Assembly (NCBI GenBank): GCA_963693365.1
Contig: CAVNZM010000003.1
Location: 8,848,046 to 8,912,045 of the forward strand
Direction: 5' to 3'
Length of the DNA stretch: 64,000 bases
From: Amoebidium appalachense
Lineage: Eukaryota > Protista > Ichthyosporea
Shown: piece by piece, positions 51,560 to 63,900 of the stretch
Layout: the number at the start of each line of letters is the position of its first letter
How positions within the stretch are numbered: the first letter of the stretch is position 1
The notes under the pieces: generated by a model
Told to the model about the DNA's origin: nothing
Databases searched by the model: none
What the model saw: the letters and a program-made list of their open reading frames with translations, nothing else
Program-made: the position numbers and the translations under genes

Positions 51560-54384
51560 GTGTGCCCCCCCCCCCCCCCCTCTCCCCCCCCCCCCCCCCC
51601 CCCCCCCCCCCCGTTGATCTACAGTGGTCTTCAAGTAGGTTGGGGCACTGGCCAGTGGTCTACACATCACCGTGTAGAGACACCTCCCAACGAAAGTCTA
51701 CTGCTGTCTTCATCGATCTTCAGTGTGTGCATCTTCAATGGGGATTTCTTCTCCACTCATCCGTCGTTTATTTATATACCATCATATATATAATGTATAA
51801 ATCATTAGCCACCAACACGTCACACATACACTAGTTGTTTCTTCTATATATATTTATATATCGTCATTGGCTACCGTCATCTTCCGAGTCTTCAGAGGCA
51901 ACCGTCGTTGTGTGCTTCTTCCGTTTTGGTTTTCTTCCCCGGCTTGCACCTTCAAGTCTTCTCCATTGTCTTCTCGAGTGGGGAAACTTAACTGTGACTT
52001 CACGGCACCTGCTCCTACATGTGTGAGAGTCTTAACATCAACAGTCACATCAACAAACTTCACGAGAACCCAACTTCCAACCCTTGAGTGGGGATGTCAT
52101 CTTCACTTGATTCTCAGCAAGACTTAGAAGTTGAGTTTTGTATTTATTAGTTGTTGTAGTTTGTTTCCTTTTCCTTTCTTCATTTCTTTCTTTCTTTTCT
52201 GTTTCCGTGTACACGACATCTTAGATCTGTGTACGTATCGACATACTTAGCTCGCGCACACGTATTGTCGTTTGCGTCAAAATCTATATATGTCATCCAA
52301 TCATATCTCGTTTGTATTTTCCCAAATATAGTAACTTACATTCCTTTCTCATTCCTTTCTCACGACGTAGCATTGTGCTATGTTCTCCAACTATTAGGAA
52401 TAATTATATTTAGACGTGTTATGATAAGAACATGTATAAATGTATGTTATGAATTAATAGTTACATAAGTGGTTTCATTTTGTTAAATGTTTCCGTGCTT
52501 TTATTAGAAGTTTCTTTCATTAGAGGATTGAGTTTTATATTCTATGTGTCGACAGACATTTTAATCGATATATTTTACACTCATAGTTTTCGTTCTTTTG
52601 ATTGGTTTATCGTTTCACATTCCCAAGTATAAAAGGGACCTCATCTTGAAATAAATCATAAGCAGTCGTATTCACTTCCTATGGTTCCAGAAATCGTTCC
52701 ACCTCTCCGGTTGTGTTTTTCCCGTGTGTCTCTGTGTTGTGTATATCATAACACCCATCTGTGCTCTCTGCTTCTCCGTTTACCCACACAAAATAACATT
52801 CCCCCCCCCCCCCTCCCCCCCCCCTTCCCCCCCCCCCTCCCCCCCCCTTCCCCCCCCCCCCCGGGAAAAGTACACACTTTAATTTTTTTTTTTTCGTTTC
52901 TGTTCTCAAGTGGGGAGATTTCACTAGTTCAGTGGGGATATGATAACACAAACTTCAAAGTCTTAAGTGGGGATGTTGTAATACGTAGTATTTACATATG
53001 GTAAGATCTTCATAGTTTGTGTTATGTTTCAGTTCATATGCTTAGTGCAAATGCCACACTCCTATTATGTAAAGTGTAGCATCGATCTCCGATATGCTTG
53101 TATACTTGTAATCGTGTTGTATCGGCTTTAATCGTGTATTGTGATATCGATTAGAATATTTATTTGTGTGTACACGGATCCACCCACTCAGGGAGAGACG
53201 TGTACATGTTTGTGTGTACATAAATATCTCTGGTTATAGTTATGCTATTACTATCTTGTTTGTTGATCTGTGCTCTCTTTTCCTTCCTCTTTCTCCTTCC
53301 TTATTTTCTTTTCTTTCTCTCCTTGTCTTCATGTGTATAATCGTATTTCTTTTCTACTAATATATGTTAGGTAGATTTGTGTTACTTAATACGTGTTCAT
53401 TGGACGGTAACACACTTACTAGTAGGCTACACTTAGAATAACATGTGTGTTTAGACTTCGTTAATTTACTTTAGTTTTCATGTGTTGCCGGGCTTTAACC
53501 AATCATCAAGGTTAAGTGTGATATGTCTGAGTCTTTGCAGTGTGTCATAGGTTAGAACTTCCTTGATGATGACACGAGTTGATCTTAACTAGTGTCTGTG
53601 TCCTATCGTGTACGTCTCCGCGTACCAGATCTCTCTGAAAGCAATTGGTTCTTAGTGATTGGTTTCTATTAGAGATAGATCTGATTTCCGACTGGTCGGA
53701 AATCATGTATGGATTGGACTTAGAGGAATTTCAGGTATTTATTCGAAGATCAGAATAAATTCAGTTCAGTCGTGTCTAAACATTGATGTCTGTTGGGTAC
53801 ACTGCTCCGATCGTTCCGTGTTGTGTGTGTCTTGGTGTTTTCACACTGCACCACTGTTTATTGTAATGTGTCTTCACTTTGAGAGTGTCGACTATAAGGA
53901 AAGTGGCATATTTAAATGAGTTTCTTTATAGAGACGAGTATAAATATATATGTGCATTAATAGTGACAAGATATATAATTACGTAAGTTATTTAAGTAAG
54001 AGTTTATAAGCTTTAGTTAAGTCGGAAGTTGGAATGCGTATGCTCTGTTGGAATGTGTTTTTCTATCATCTGGTACTATCCGATTGGTTCTCCCCATTTA
54101 GTTGAGATAAGATGATAAGTCGCAAGTACAAAAAGAACCGAGAGCACAATAAAGGATCAGTTGTTGTTTGAAATCTTTCAATGTGTCGTGAACAACTCCG
54201 ATTGCCCTCTCTTTATTGTGTTAGTCGTGTTTTACATAACACCTCTGTGCGCTCTGTTCCCTTAGACCCGTACAAAACAACAACACCACCCATAGCACTA
54301 TTAGCATAATTTGGCAGCACGGTTTAAATTTGCCATCCCCCTCCCCCCACCCCTCACCCTCTCCTCCCCCCCCCCCCCCTCCAC

Positions 54385-54427
<43 letters not shown>

Positions 54428-54708
54428 CTGCCTCTTCCTTTTGTGGGGAAAACCAAAGCGTTGCAACACCATTCACCTTGCAACCTGTCCCCAACACACT
54501 CACAAGCACGAACACATGACACCCCGGCAACCACCCTTCAGAGACTGCCCCATATAGGTGCAAAAAAAAGTTCTTTATAAACTCAAAAAAAAAAGATGAG
54601 GAATATGGGTCGACCAACATGTGTGTATGGTTCTGCGTCTCGACGAGTGGTAACCGGTGGTTGGGAAGAGGGAGAGGGTGCACTGGAGGGGGGGGGGGGG
54701 GGGGGGAG

Positions 54709-54976
54709 AGCGCACTTTCCCCACTACTAGTTACCCTAAAAATCCAAGAGGCCGTAGAATAGGAGTAGAAAAGAGAGAGAGAGAGATAAAGCATTGGACC
54801 TTCCCCACCCCTAAGTGACGATGTTTGGCCAGGCAGAGAAGACTTCATAATCATTGTAGAAATCAGTTCATAAAATTATTTATAAAAAAAATTTAGGAAT
54901 GGCGCAATCTCAACCAAATTTTGTGTGGACCAATATTAATAATTTTTAGGGTAACTAGTAGTGGGGAAAGTGCGCT
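54709..54976. mobile_element. MITE-like element with 35-bp perfect inverted repeats
   Basis: agcgcactttccccactactagttaccctaaaaat (54709-54743) and its reverse complement (54942-54976); poly-G and poly-C flanks extend the symmetry; no TSD identified. Confidence 0.6.
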
Positions 54977-55198
54977 GCCCCCCCCCCCCCCCCCCCCCCG
55001 TTCTTCACTCGGGGCTGGGGACGCGGAGGGTAAGGGGGGCCGAAGATATGTGTGCCTTTCAGTGGAAAAGATTACCTGGGCCGTCAATCATGCATGTGAT
55101 CGAAAGGGAGGAGGGAATTGGGGAGGGGGGGGGGGGGGGGGGGGAGGGGGCTCCCAATGAGTATTGTGTGTGGGCCCGGGCCCGGGGGGAGAGGGCCT

Positions 55199-55242
<44 letters not shown>

Positions 55243-56072
55243 ATATGTGCATGTGTAGCTATAGTGAGCCGATGTAGGAACACACCCTCATATTGTGTTA
55301 TCTTTATAATCGCCAAAGTGCAAGAGTCATATTGCTTTTAGTCACTATTCCTACTTTATTATTATTTTATAAAAATCAGACATCTAGTGCACACCCAATG
55401 CAACATCTAAGTTAAAAAGATTCGTTCGATGTCTAGCGTTAATCCTAGTCTCCTAAAAAGGAAAACCACAAAAGAATTAGATGTACTTGCACTAAGACAC
55501 ACGTACCAAGGGTTACAGCTAGTATCTTAAATCAGCCAATCGTATGTCTAGTACGTTAGCTTTATATCCACAAACAAGCTTAATGTTGCCTTGAGATTAA
55601 AATGTCGCATCAAAACAGGCTGTGCCTCCTACTAGTGCCCATAATCACCATCTGTGCAGAACCTGCCACTACCCCCCCCCCCCCCCCCCCCCCCGGCCCC
55701 ACCCCCCACCCCCCCCCCCCCCCACCCCCCTTCCCCCCCCCCCCCCCCCAGGACCCCCCATCGGTCCTTCCCTCCCTCCTAATACCATGTTATAATGGGC
55801 CTCTATAAGGACGTTATGAGGAGTTAGATATAAAGAAAGAAGGAACACGAAACGAAACCACCACACAATTTTAGACTAACAGTACCACCACAACTAAATT
55901 CATAGAAGTCATTAGACTAGCCTTAGTCCGGCTGAGGCTACCACCTGCATACCAACTAATACTCGAAATTATCAGACAGTTCAGTGGTTTCCTATTTAAA
56001 TCAGTAACCCATTAATACATTGTCTACGGTTGCTACATACGTCACATAGACCATAAAAGAGTAAACATACTA

Positions 56073-57900
56073 CTACTGCGAGCACGACATTTTCCTGATA
56101 TCAATAGCCAAAAACCTAGCCCAGTTTCCAGGAATTTTTGCCTTTTTACCATAAACCTTACACTCCCTATCCGCCGCGCTCTTAACCGCCAACCTTTGTG
56201 CCCTTTTCGTCGTTGAACCCTGCACCGCCTTTGCCTGTTTTGCAATGACCTGTGCCTTAGCAACCACCGCAGCACGTTCGTTCTTCTCCCTCCTCTCCTG
56301 TCCGGTTTTTGACGGGCCGGACTGAAGCACCAACAACGTCGTATTCGTGTCCGGTTTGACGTTGGCAACTTCGCTTTGCGCCTGGAGATCGACCACAATG
56401 GGGGTGGTGGGGACAATTTCGCTCAGAGCAGGAGAGAACTTATCCCCAAGTGCGGCCTTCACAGCGAGATCTGGGGCACTGGTTGGTGCGGGACCCGTTG
56501 CGTCTAGCGGCGTCAAACCCCCATTCACACTGGCATCGTCGTCTTCTTGTTCATCTGAGTCATCATCATCGTGCTGGGAAGAGTCTGTTGGTGGAGCGGC
56601 TGGTTGTAGTTTCGATAGAGCAACCGGTTGTGCGAAAACCCCGCTGTCAACCCCGGTAACAGGAACTTTGGGTGGGGTATCCTGATGTTGTGTGGGATTT
56701 CCGCCATTGCCGCCGACAAAAGGAACAGTGGGTGGAATATCCGGTTGGGCAGCAATTCCGTCGGCGCTGGCAACAGCTGGAACATCAGCGACCTGCCGCC
56801 GCTTGGCCGTGGTATGCGAGGTGCCGTTGCCAACCCAAGGGATATCCTTAGGGCACGCCGTCAAAAGTTCCTTGCTCAATGTGCGATCAAAAACATCGAG
56901 CGCATAGGTATAACCAATCTGGTGAATGTCGTTAACCATGCGCGGCGTGACGCGTGTTGGGAACACGGGCATGGGATCGTCAAATCCGTGCGCGACATCT
57001 ACAAATGGGTCCGGTGCGTAGATGATGTCGCTAACCGCACCTGTGGTCGGCGCTTTGTCCGTCCCCTGACATGACTGCCACATGGCCCACACCTTATCCA
57101 CCATGCAGTGATGCAGCCAGAAGATTGGGTCGTTGGGCGCGTAGAGAATGTTGTTCATCGTTCCACCGGATCCGCCCACGTACACGTGCACCAACGCGTG
57201 CCAACCCTTGAGTTCATTGGACATGTCGCTGAATGCCGGCGTGTTCACCAACATGTTGATGACTTCAATGGGACCTGGGGGGCGCCACCCCCTCCCGAAC
57301 GGGCGGGTCACACACGAACCGGTCGATGTTGGGTAGCGGATTCGACCGATGAAATTGTCGATCATGCAACTAGTACCCGTGCCGTTAAAGTCGCTAATCA
57401 CGGAGATGACGGGCGTAACATTGGGATCATCTTTAACGTCCTGTGTCCAATCCCAGTATGGGATAGTGAGGCATTGGAACTGCGGCCCCAAGGCGCGTAG
57501 TTGTTGCTCGAAGAAAACAAGGTAGTGTCGATGCCAAGCGAGAAAAGCATTACTGGTATGTCCGTAGGTATTGGTGAGGCTGTCCCAATGATATTTCATG
57601 ACTTTCGTCCAACCACCAGAGGCAAAAAGCGCACGCAGTGCATCAATGAATGTTTGCTGTTGTAGAATGGTGAGCTCGCGCCATTCTCGACGAATTCGTA
57701 GACCACGGCTGTCGATTAAACCTGTGCATTGGATGGGGAGCTGGGTGGGTTCGGGAGCAATCGAAGGTGTGGTGGTGGTGGTGGTGGTTGTGGTAGTCGT
57801 GGTGGGTGGGCGTGTCGTTGTAGTGGTGGTGGTGGTGGTCGTTGTTGGGCGAGAAGTGGTTGTTGTTGTTGTTGTGGTGGTGGTGGTGGTTGGGGGGGGG
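56073..57900 (-). CDS. Tyrosinase / type-3 copper protein with Thr-rich linker and C-terminal extension (true 5' end unresolved; ORF is open to 58262)
   Basis: CuA: YHW...YGHTSNAFLAWHRHYL; IPYWDW; CuB: WHALVHVYVGG...APNDPIFWLHHCMVDKVW; RIRREW at the start of the domain. The ORF portion 57900-58262 crosses (CT)n/poly-C repeats and is probably not all coding. Confidence 0.88.
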
Positions 57901-57909
57901 GGGGGGGAG

Positions 57910-57962
<53 letters not shown>

Positions 57963-59130
57963 AAGAGAGATGGAGAGAGTGAGGGAGTGAGGGAACGGCA
58001 CCGAGAAAGAGGAGGGGAATGAGGTACTCCAGAGACGCAGGGGGCTTGGGGGGGGGGGGGGAGGCCTAACCCTGCTCCTCTTTCTGTTCCTTCCCTCTCT
58101 GATGTTGTCTTCGTGTTTGTTATTCTCCAACTTCTTCTCCTGTTTTTCGCAACAGTAAATCTGTGCTGGTCCTCTTCGTCTCTTCCTCACAAATCCCCAC
58201 GGAGGACCCCTGCTCTCCCAGACATAGCTGTACGAACGAGCGTCCCCACGTATATTTTGCACCGTTCGAACCCCCCCCCCCCCCCCCCCCCCCCGGAAGG
58301 CCCCGGTGGCCTAGTCTTCAAACAGAAGTGCCATCATCCTTTCTCTTTTCTTTCTGGCTGCTGATTGCTTTGTGTCTGTCCCCCTCCCTTGTGCTACCAC
58401 CACCCGCTTTCTCCCTCGTTCAGCAGTTATCGATTTTGATGACTGCTGGCATCCAGTTGTTGCAGTCCTCATGTTCGCGGCAAACGTTTTTACTTTTGCC
58501 CCCCCCCCCCCCCCCCCCCTATTCCCCCCGTTTCCACTCTTCTGCCTATTGCAATCATTCCTGCCTTCTTCCTAAGCTCCCCCTCTCCACCCCACCCCTC
58601 CCCTTCTGCGTATTATACTGGTCTTCATTTTGGGGTTCTAAATAACCCCCCCTCCCCCCTCCCCTTCGTCAGGTGTATGTTTTATTTGTATGTCTCGCAT
58701 ACTCTGCCTTTGAACCGTGTTAGTATTCTACGTGGCTCTTAAGCTTTTACCTGCTTCAACTGCCATCCTCCCAATGGGTCCTATATAAGTATCTCTTGCC
58801 TGAACAATTTTTATTTACTGGTTTTTGCCTTTATGTTTTTTGTGTATATGATTCTGAATTCCTTTGCCTCGGCAAGTTCCCCTCTCTAACGCATATACCT
58901 CCCCCCCCCCCCCTCTCCCTCTCGGCATTCATTGCCGTGGAAACGGACACGGCACTCATTCCTTAAACATATACACCGACCCAAAAATCAAGGCCCCACA
59001 CGTACACAGATGCGCAAACACATTAGCTCCGATGTACCTCATATGCACACACACCACATACACACAAAATGTGTGCAGGCATAGGCTCACTCGCACTCGC
59101 ACTCGTACGTGCACACACAAACACCACACA

Positions 59131-59171
<41 letters not shown>

Positions 59172-59358
59172 TATAAATATATATATGCACACCAACAGCG
59201 AAAAGAACACCCAGACCCCTTCCGTACTATGGTCCAGCGATATCGTGCTTCTTCCATGATCCCTTTGCTCTCTCTCTCTCTCTCTCTCCCCCCCCCCCCC
59301 CCCCCCCCTCCCCTCCCCAAACCCACCTTCCCCTCTCCGGACACACCACACACGAACA

Positions 59359-59455
<97 letters not shown>

Positions 59456-59599
59456 CAGCACCGAAAAGAACATCCAGACCCCCCCCCCCCCCCGTATTAT
59501 GGTCCAGTCCCCCCCCCCCCCCCCCAAACTCTCCACTTACCCTTCCCCTCGCACACCACAAACGATCACGCGGGCAGCCACCAAAAGGCAGACAAAGCA

Positions 59600-60420
59600 C
59601 ACACACACACACACGCGCGCACGCACACACACACACACATACACACATACACACACACACACACACAGGACTACGACACATACAGCTATTGACAGCAGGA
59701 GCAGGTCGGGACCCCTAGGTTATGGCCGGTCAGTGAGGTAATTGCTTGCAGGCATTTGGCGGAGCCTCCCCCCCTCCTCCCCCCCCCTCCCCCCCCCCCC
59801 CCCCCCCCCTCCCCCCAACTATCTCCAACTCCCTCTTCCCCTCTCTCTTCCACCTTTGAACCTTTCCACGTTTCTATGCACAGACAGCCCCCCCCCCCCC
59901 CCCCCCTTCCCGGACACACATAAAAGGAAGGCACAACACACGCAACCCCCTCCCCCCCCCCCCCCCTTCCTCCCCCCTGTAATCCGTAACCTCTTCTACC
60001 TTTCCACCTTTGTACCTTTCTATCCTTTACGTCTCCTAACGTGTTGCCCCATTTTGTCCCCTCTCATTCAATCAGTATTTATCATATCTTCTCTCCGTTC
60101 ATCCCCCTCCCCCCTCTCCAAGGCTCAAGCCCGGTGTGCGCACATGCATCCTTACTTCCTTCCACGTGCCTTTTCCTTTCTCCCTTGCTATTTTTACCTT
60201 TGTACAACTCTACCTTTATACCTTTACATTTTGTACCTTTCAATCCTTTACGGCTCCAATCACCCAGGGGAATAGGTCGAAACTCGGGTACTGTGGATGA
60301 CGTGGGCCCCCCTGAGGATGGGCTCTGCTTATTATGCATACTCTTTATGTATGGCTTGCATTCGCATCGTGTTATCCGTTTGTTCTTGTGTACTTCGTAC
60401 TTTTTGACGCATTCAACCCC

Positions 60421-60451
<31 letters not shown>

Positions 60452-60599
60452 ACACATACACACCCCTCCCCGCCTCTCACTTAATATTTATCATTTCTTC
60501 TCCCCCTTCCCTCCCCCTCTCCACCCACACCTCCCCTCGCACACCACACACGATCATGTGGGCAGCCACAAAAAGGCATGCACCCACCCACCCACCCAC

Positions 60600-60643
<44 letters not shown>

Positions 60644-60961
60644 ACTACGACACATACAGCTATTGACAGCAGGGGCAGGTCGGGACCCCTAGGTTATGGC
60701 TGGTAAGTGAGGTATTTGCTTGCAGGCATTTGGCCGAGCCTCCCCCCTTTCCACCCCCTCCCCCAGCTATCTCCAACTCCCTCTTCTTTTCCCCTCTCTC
60801 TTGCACCTTGAACCTGTCCACATTTCTATGCACAGACAGCCTCCCCCTCCCCCCCCCCTCCCCTCCCCCCCCCCTCCCCCCCCCCCTCCCCCAAACCCAC
60901 ACACACACACACCATCGGTTGTGTCTGTCTCTGTGGATACATCTACAGGCTCTCTTTTACG

Positions 60962-60997
<36 letters not shown>

Positions 60998-61333
60998 TTC
61001 CCGGACACACATAAAAGGAAGGCACAACACACGCAACCCCCCCCCCCCCCCCCCCCCCCCCCTTCCTCCCCCCTGTAATCCGTAACCTCTTCTACCTTTC
61101 CACCTTTGTATCTTTCTATCCTTTACGTCTCCTAACGTGTTGCCCCCCTTTGTCCCCTCTCATTCAATCAGTATTTACCATATCTTCTCCCCGTTCATCC
61201 CCCTCCCCCCTCTCCAAGGCTCAAGCCCGGTGTGCGCACATGCATCCTTACTTCCTTCCACGTATACAACTCTACCTTTATACCTTTACATTTTGTACCT
61301 TTCAATCCTTTACGGCTCCAATCACCCCCCCTC

Positions 61334-61382
<49 letters not shown>

Positions 61383-61508
61383 ACATACACACCCCTCCCC
61401 GCCTCTCACTCAATATTTATCATTTCTTCTCCCCCTTCCCTCCCCCTCTCCACCCACACCTCCCCTCGCACACCACACACGATCATGTGGGCAGCCACAA
61501 AAAGGCAT

Positions 61509-61569
<61 letters not shown>

Positions 61570-61876
61570 ACTACGACACATACAGCTATTGACAGCAGGG
61601 GCAGGTCGGGACCCCTAGGTTATGGCTGGTCAGTGAGGTATTTGCTTGCAGGCATTTGGCCGAGCCTCCTCCCCTTTCCACCCCTCCCCCAGCTATCTCC
61701 AACTCCCTCTTCTTTTCCCCTCTCTCTTGCACCTTGAACCTTTCCACATTTCTATGCACAGACAGTCCCCCCCTCCCCCCCCCCCTCCCTCCCCCCCCCC
61801 CCCCCCCAAACCCACACACACACACACCATCGGTTGTGTCTGTCTCTGTGGATACATCTACAGGCTCTCTTTTACG

Positions 61877-61916
<40 letters not shown>

Positions 61917-62142
61917 ACACACATACACGGAAGACACAACACACACAACCACTCCCTCCCCCCTCGAATCCGTAACCTCTTCTACCTTTCCACGCACACA
62001 CACCCGCTTCTCATTCTATATTTATCATCCCCCTCCCCCCCCCCCCCGGGATCCCCCCCGATCCCCCCTCGCCATTCACACCTCCCCTCGCACACCACAC
62101 ACGATAATTTGGGTAGCCACAAGCAGGCATGCACACACACAC

Positions 62143-62224
<82 letters not shown>

Positions 62225-62780
62225 ACTACGACACATACAGCTATTGACAGCAGGGGCAGGTCGGGACCCCTAGGTTATGGCTGGTCAGTGAGGTATTTGC
62301 TTGCAGGCATTTGGCCGAGCCTCCTCCCCTTTCCACCCCTCCCCCAGCTATCTCCAACTCCCTCTTCTTTTCCCCTCTCTCTTGCACCTTGAACCTTTCC
62401 ACATTTCTATGCACAGACAGTCCCCCCTCCCCCCCCCTCCCTCCCCCCCCCCTCCCCCAAACCCACACACACACACACCATCGGTTGTGTCTGTCTCTGT
62501 GGATACATCTACAGGCTCTCTTTTACGAACCCCCCCCCCCCCCCCCCCCCCGGACACACATACACGGAAGACACAACACACACAACCACTCCCTCCCCCC
62601 TCGAATCCGTAACCTCTTCTACCTTTCCACGCACACACACCCGCTTCTCATTCTATATTTATCATCCCCCTCCCCCCCCCCCCCCCGGGATCCCCCCCGA
62701 TCCCCCCTCGCCATTCACACCTCCCCTCGCACACCACACACGATAATTTGGGTAGCCACAAGCAGGCATGCACACACACA

Positions 62781-62818
<38 letters not shown>

Positions 62819-62979
62819 GCTACGGCACATACAGCAATCGACAGCAGGAAAAGGCAAGGCCCCTAGGTTATGGCTGGTCAGTAAGGTAATCAATCGCCTG
62901 CAGGCAATTGGCATTTGCCCCCCCCCCCCTCCCCCCCACCCCACCCCCCTACTCTCACACACTTATACGTGCACGTAGG

Positions 62980-63010
<31 letters not shown>

Positions 63011-63063
63011 TGTTCCACCTTTCCACCTTTGTACCTTTTTTCTATCCTGTACGTCTTCTATGA

Positions 63064-63112
<49 letters not shown>

Positions 63113-63486
63113 TCATTCGATATTTATCTTATCTTCTCCCTCCTCACCCCCCTCCCACCTGCAAGAGCACAATCACGGTGTGTGAACATGAATGCATGCG
63201 ACACGACACACCAACACGACATACAGCCCCATATTATCTTGTGCCATTTTCCTGCTCCCTTGCTACTTTTCAACGTTTTACAACTCTACCATTATACCTA
63301 CCTTTACACCTTTGTACCTTTATACTTTAGTACCTTTACACCTTAATACCTTTATACCTTTGTTACTTTAGACCTTAATACCTTTATACCTTTGTTACTT
63401 TAGACCTTCGTACCTTTATGCCTTTGCACCTTTCTATCCTCTACGTCTCCTACCACCCCTCCCCCCCCCCCCCCCCCCCCCCACCC

Positions 63487-63543
<57 letters not shown>

Positions 63544-63621
63544 GTTCCTCGTTCAATATTTATCATAACATCTCTCCCCGCTCTCTACCCACACCTTCCA
63601 TCGCACACCACATACGAGCAG

Positions 63622-63667
<46 letters not shown>

Positions 63668-63766
63668 CCGTTCCTCGTTCAATATTTATCATAACATCTC
63701 TCCCCCCTCTCTACCCACACCTTCCATCGCACACCACATACGATCTTGCGAGCAGCCACAAACAGG

Positions 63767-63808
<42 letters not shown>

Positions 63809-63900
63809 GCTACAACACTGCAGCTATCGACAGAGGGAGAAGTTGGAGGCCCCTAGGTTATGGCCGGTCGGTGTAAGGTGATTGCTTGCAAGCAATTGGA
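59600..63900 (+). repeat. Tandem array of six complex 0.6-1.0 kb units
   Basis: Conserved cassette GACTACGACACATACAGCTATTGACAGCAGG...CCCCTAGGTTATGGC...GTGAG at 59669, 60643, 61569, 62224, 62818 and ~63809 (last two diverged), interleaved with shared blocks, poly-C and (CA)n. Confidence 0.9.
60266..60416 (-). mobile_element. Short dispersed element, subfamily 1, inside one tandem-array unit
   Basis: Reverse complement of 11576-11724; absent from the homologous position (~61326) of the next unit. Confidence 0.85.

Larger units (their letters stand above)
39585..52798 (+). mobile_element. Copia family B full-length element (LTRs 39585-40292 and 52095-52798; TSD TTCCC), interrupted in gag by A4
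   Basis: TGTCA...TAACA LTRs (708/704 bp, nearly identical; 4-bp indel); TTCCC at 39580-39584 and 52799-52803; PPT GAGTGGGGA. The gag ATG at 40368 reads to 40687 and resumes in frame at 47497 (EVFHNLRMAY). Confidence 0.95.
35580..53857 (+). mobile_element. Copia family A copy A3 (5'-truncated, frameshifted; 35580-39584 plus 52799-53857), interrupted by element B
   Basis: gag C-terminus through RT/RNase H (ORFs 35626-36096, 36057-36977, 36788-38023, 38031-39332; YVDD, DADFAG). The 3' UTR is split in its poly-C tract and resumes at 52799; PPT AAGTGGGGA; 3' LTR 52974-~53857, with its end truncated. Confidence 0.88.

Noticed and set aside
53862-54241. Solo LTR of a third family (TG...CA, AT-rich, ATTGG, AATAAA)
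   Set aside because: No TSD, second copy, PBS or PPT in the window; cannot be supported.
59715-59730. AGGTTATGGCC in the tandem cassette resembling the Copia PBS
   Set aside because: Short match with no adjacent LTR end; probably chance.
60271-60330. Confident hammerhead ribozyme call
   Set aside because: GAAA and CUGAGGA cores are present but helices I and II do not pair convincingly by eye; kept only as a testable hypothesis.
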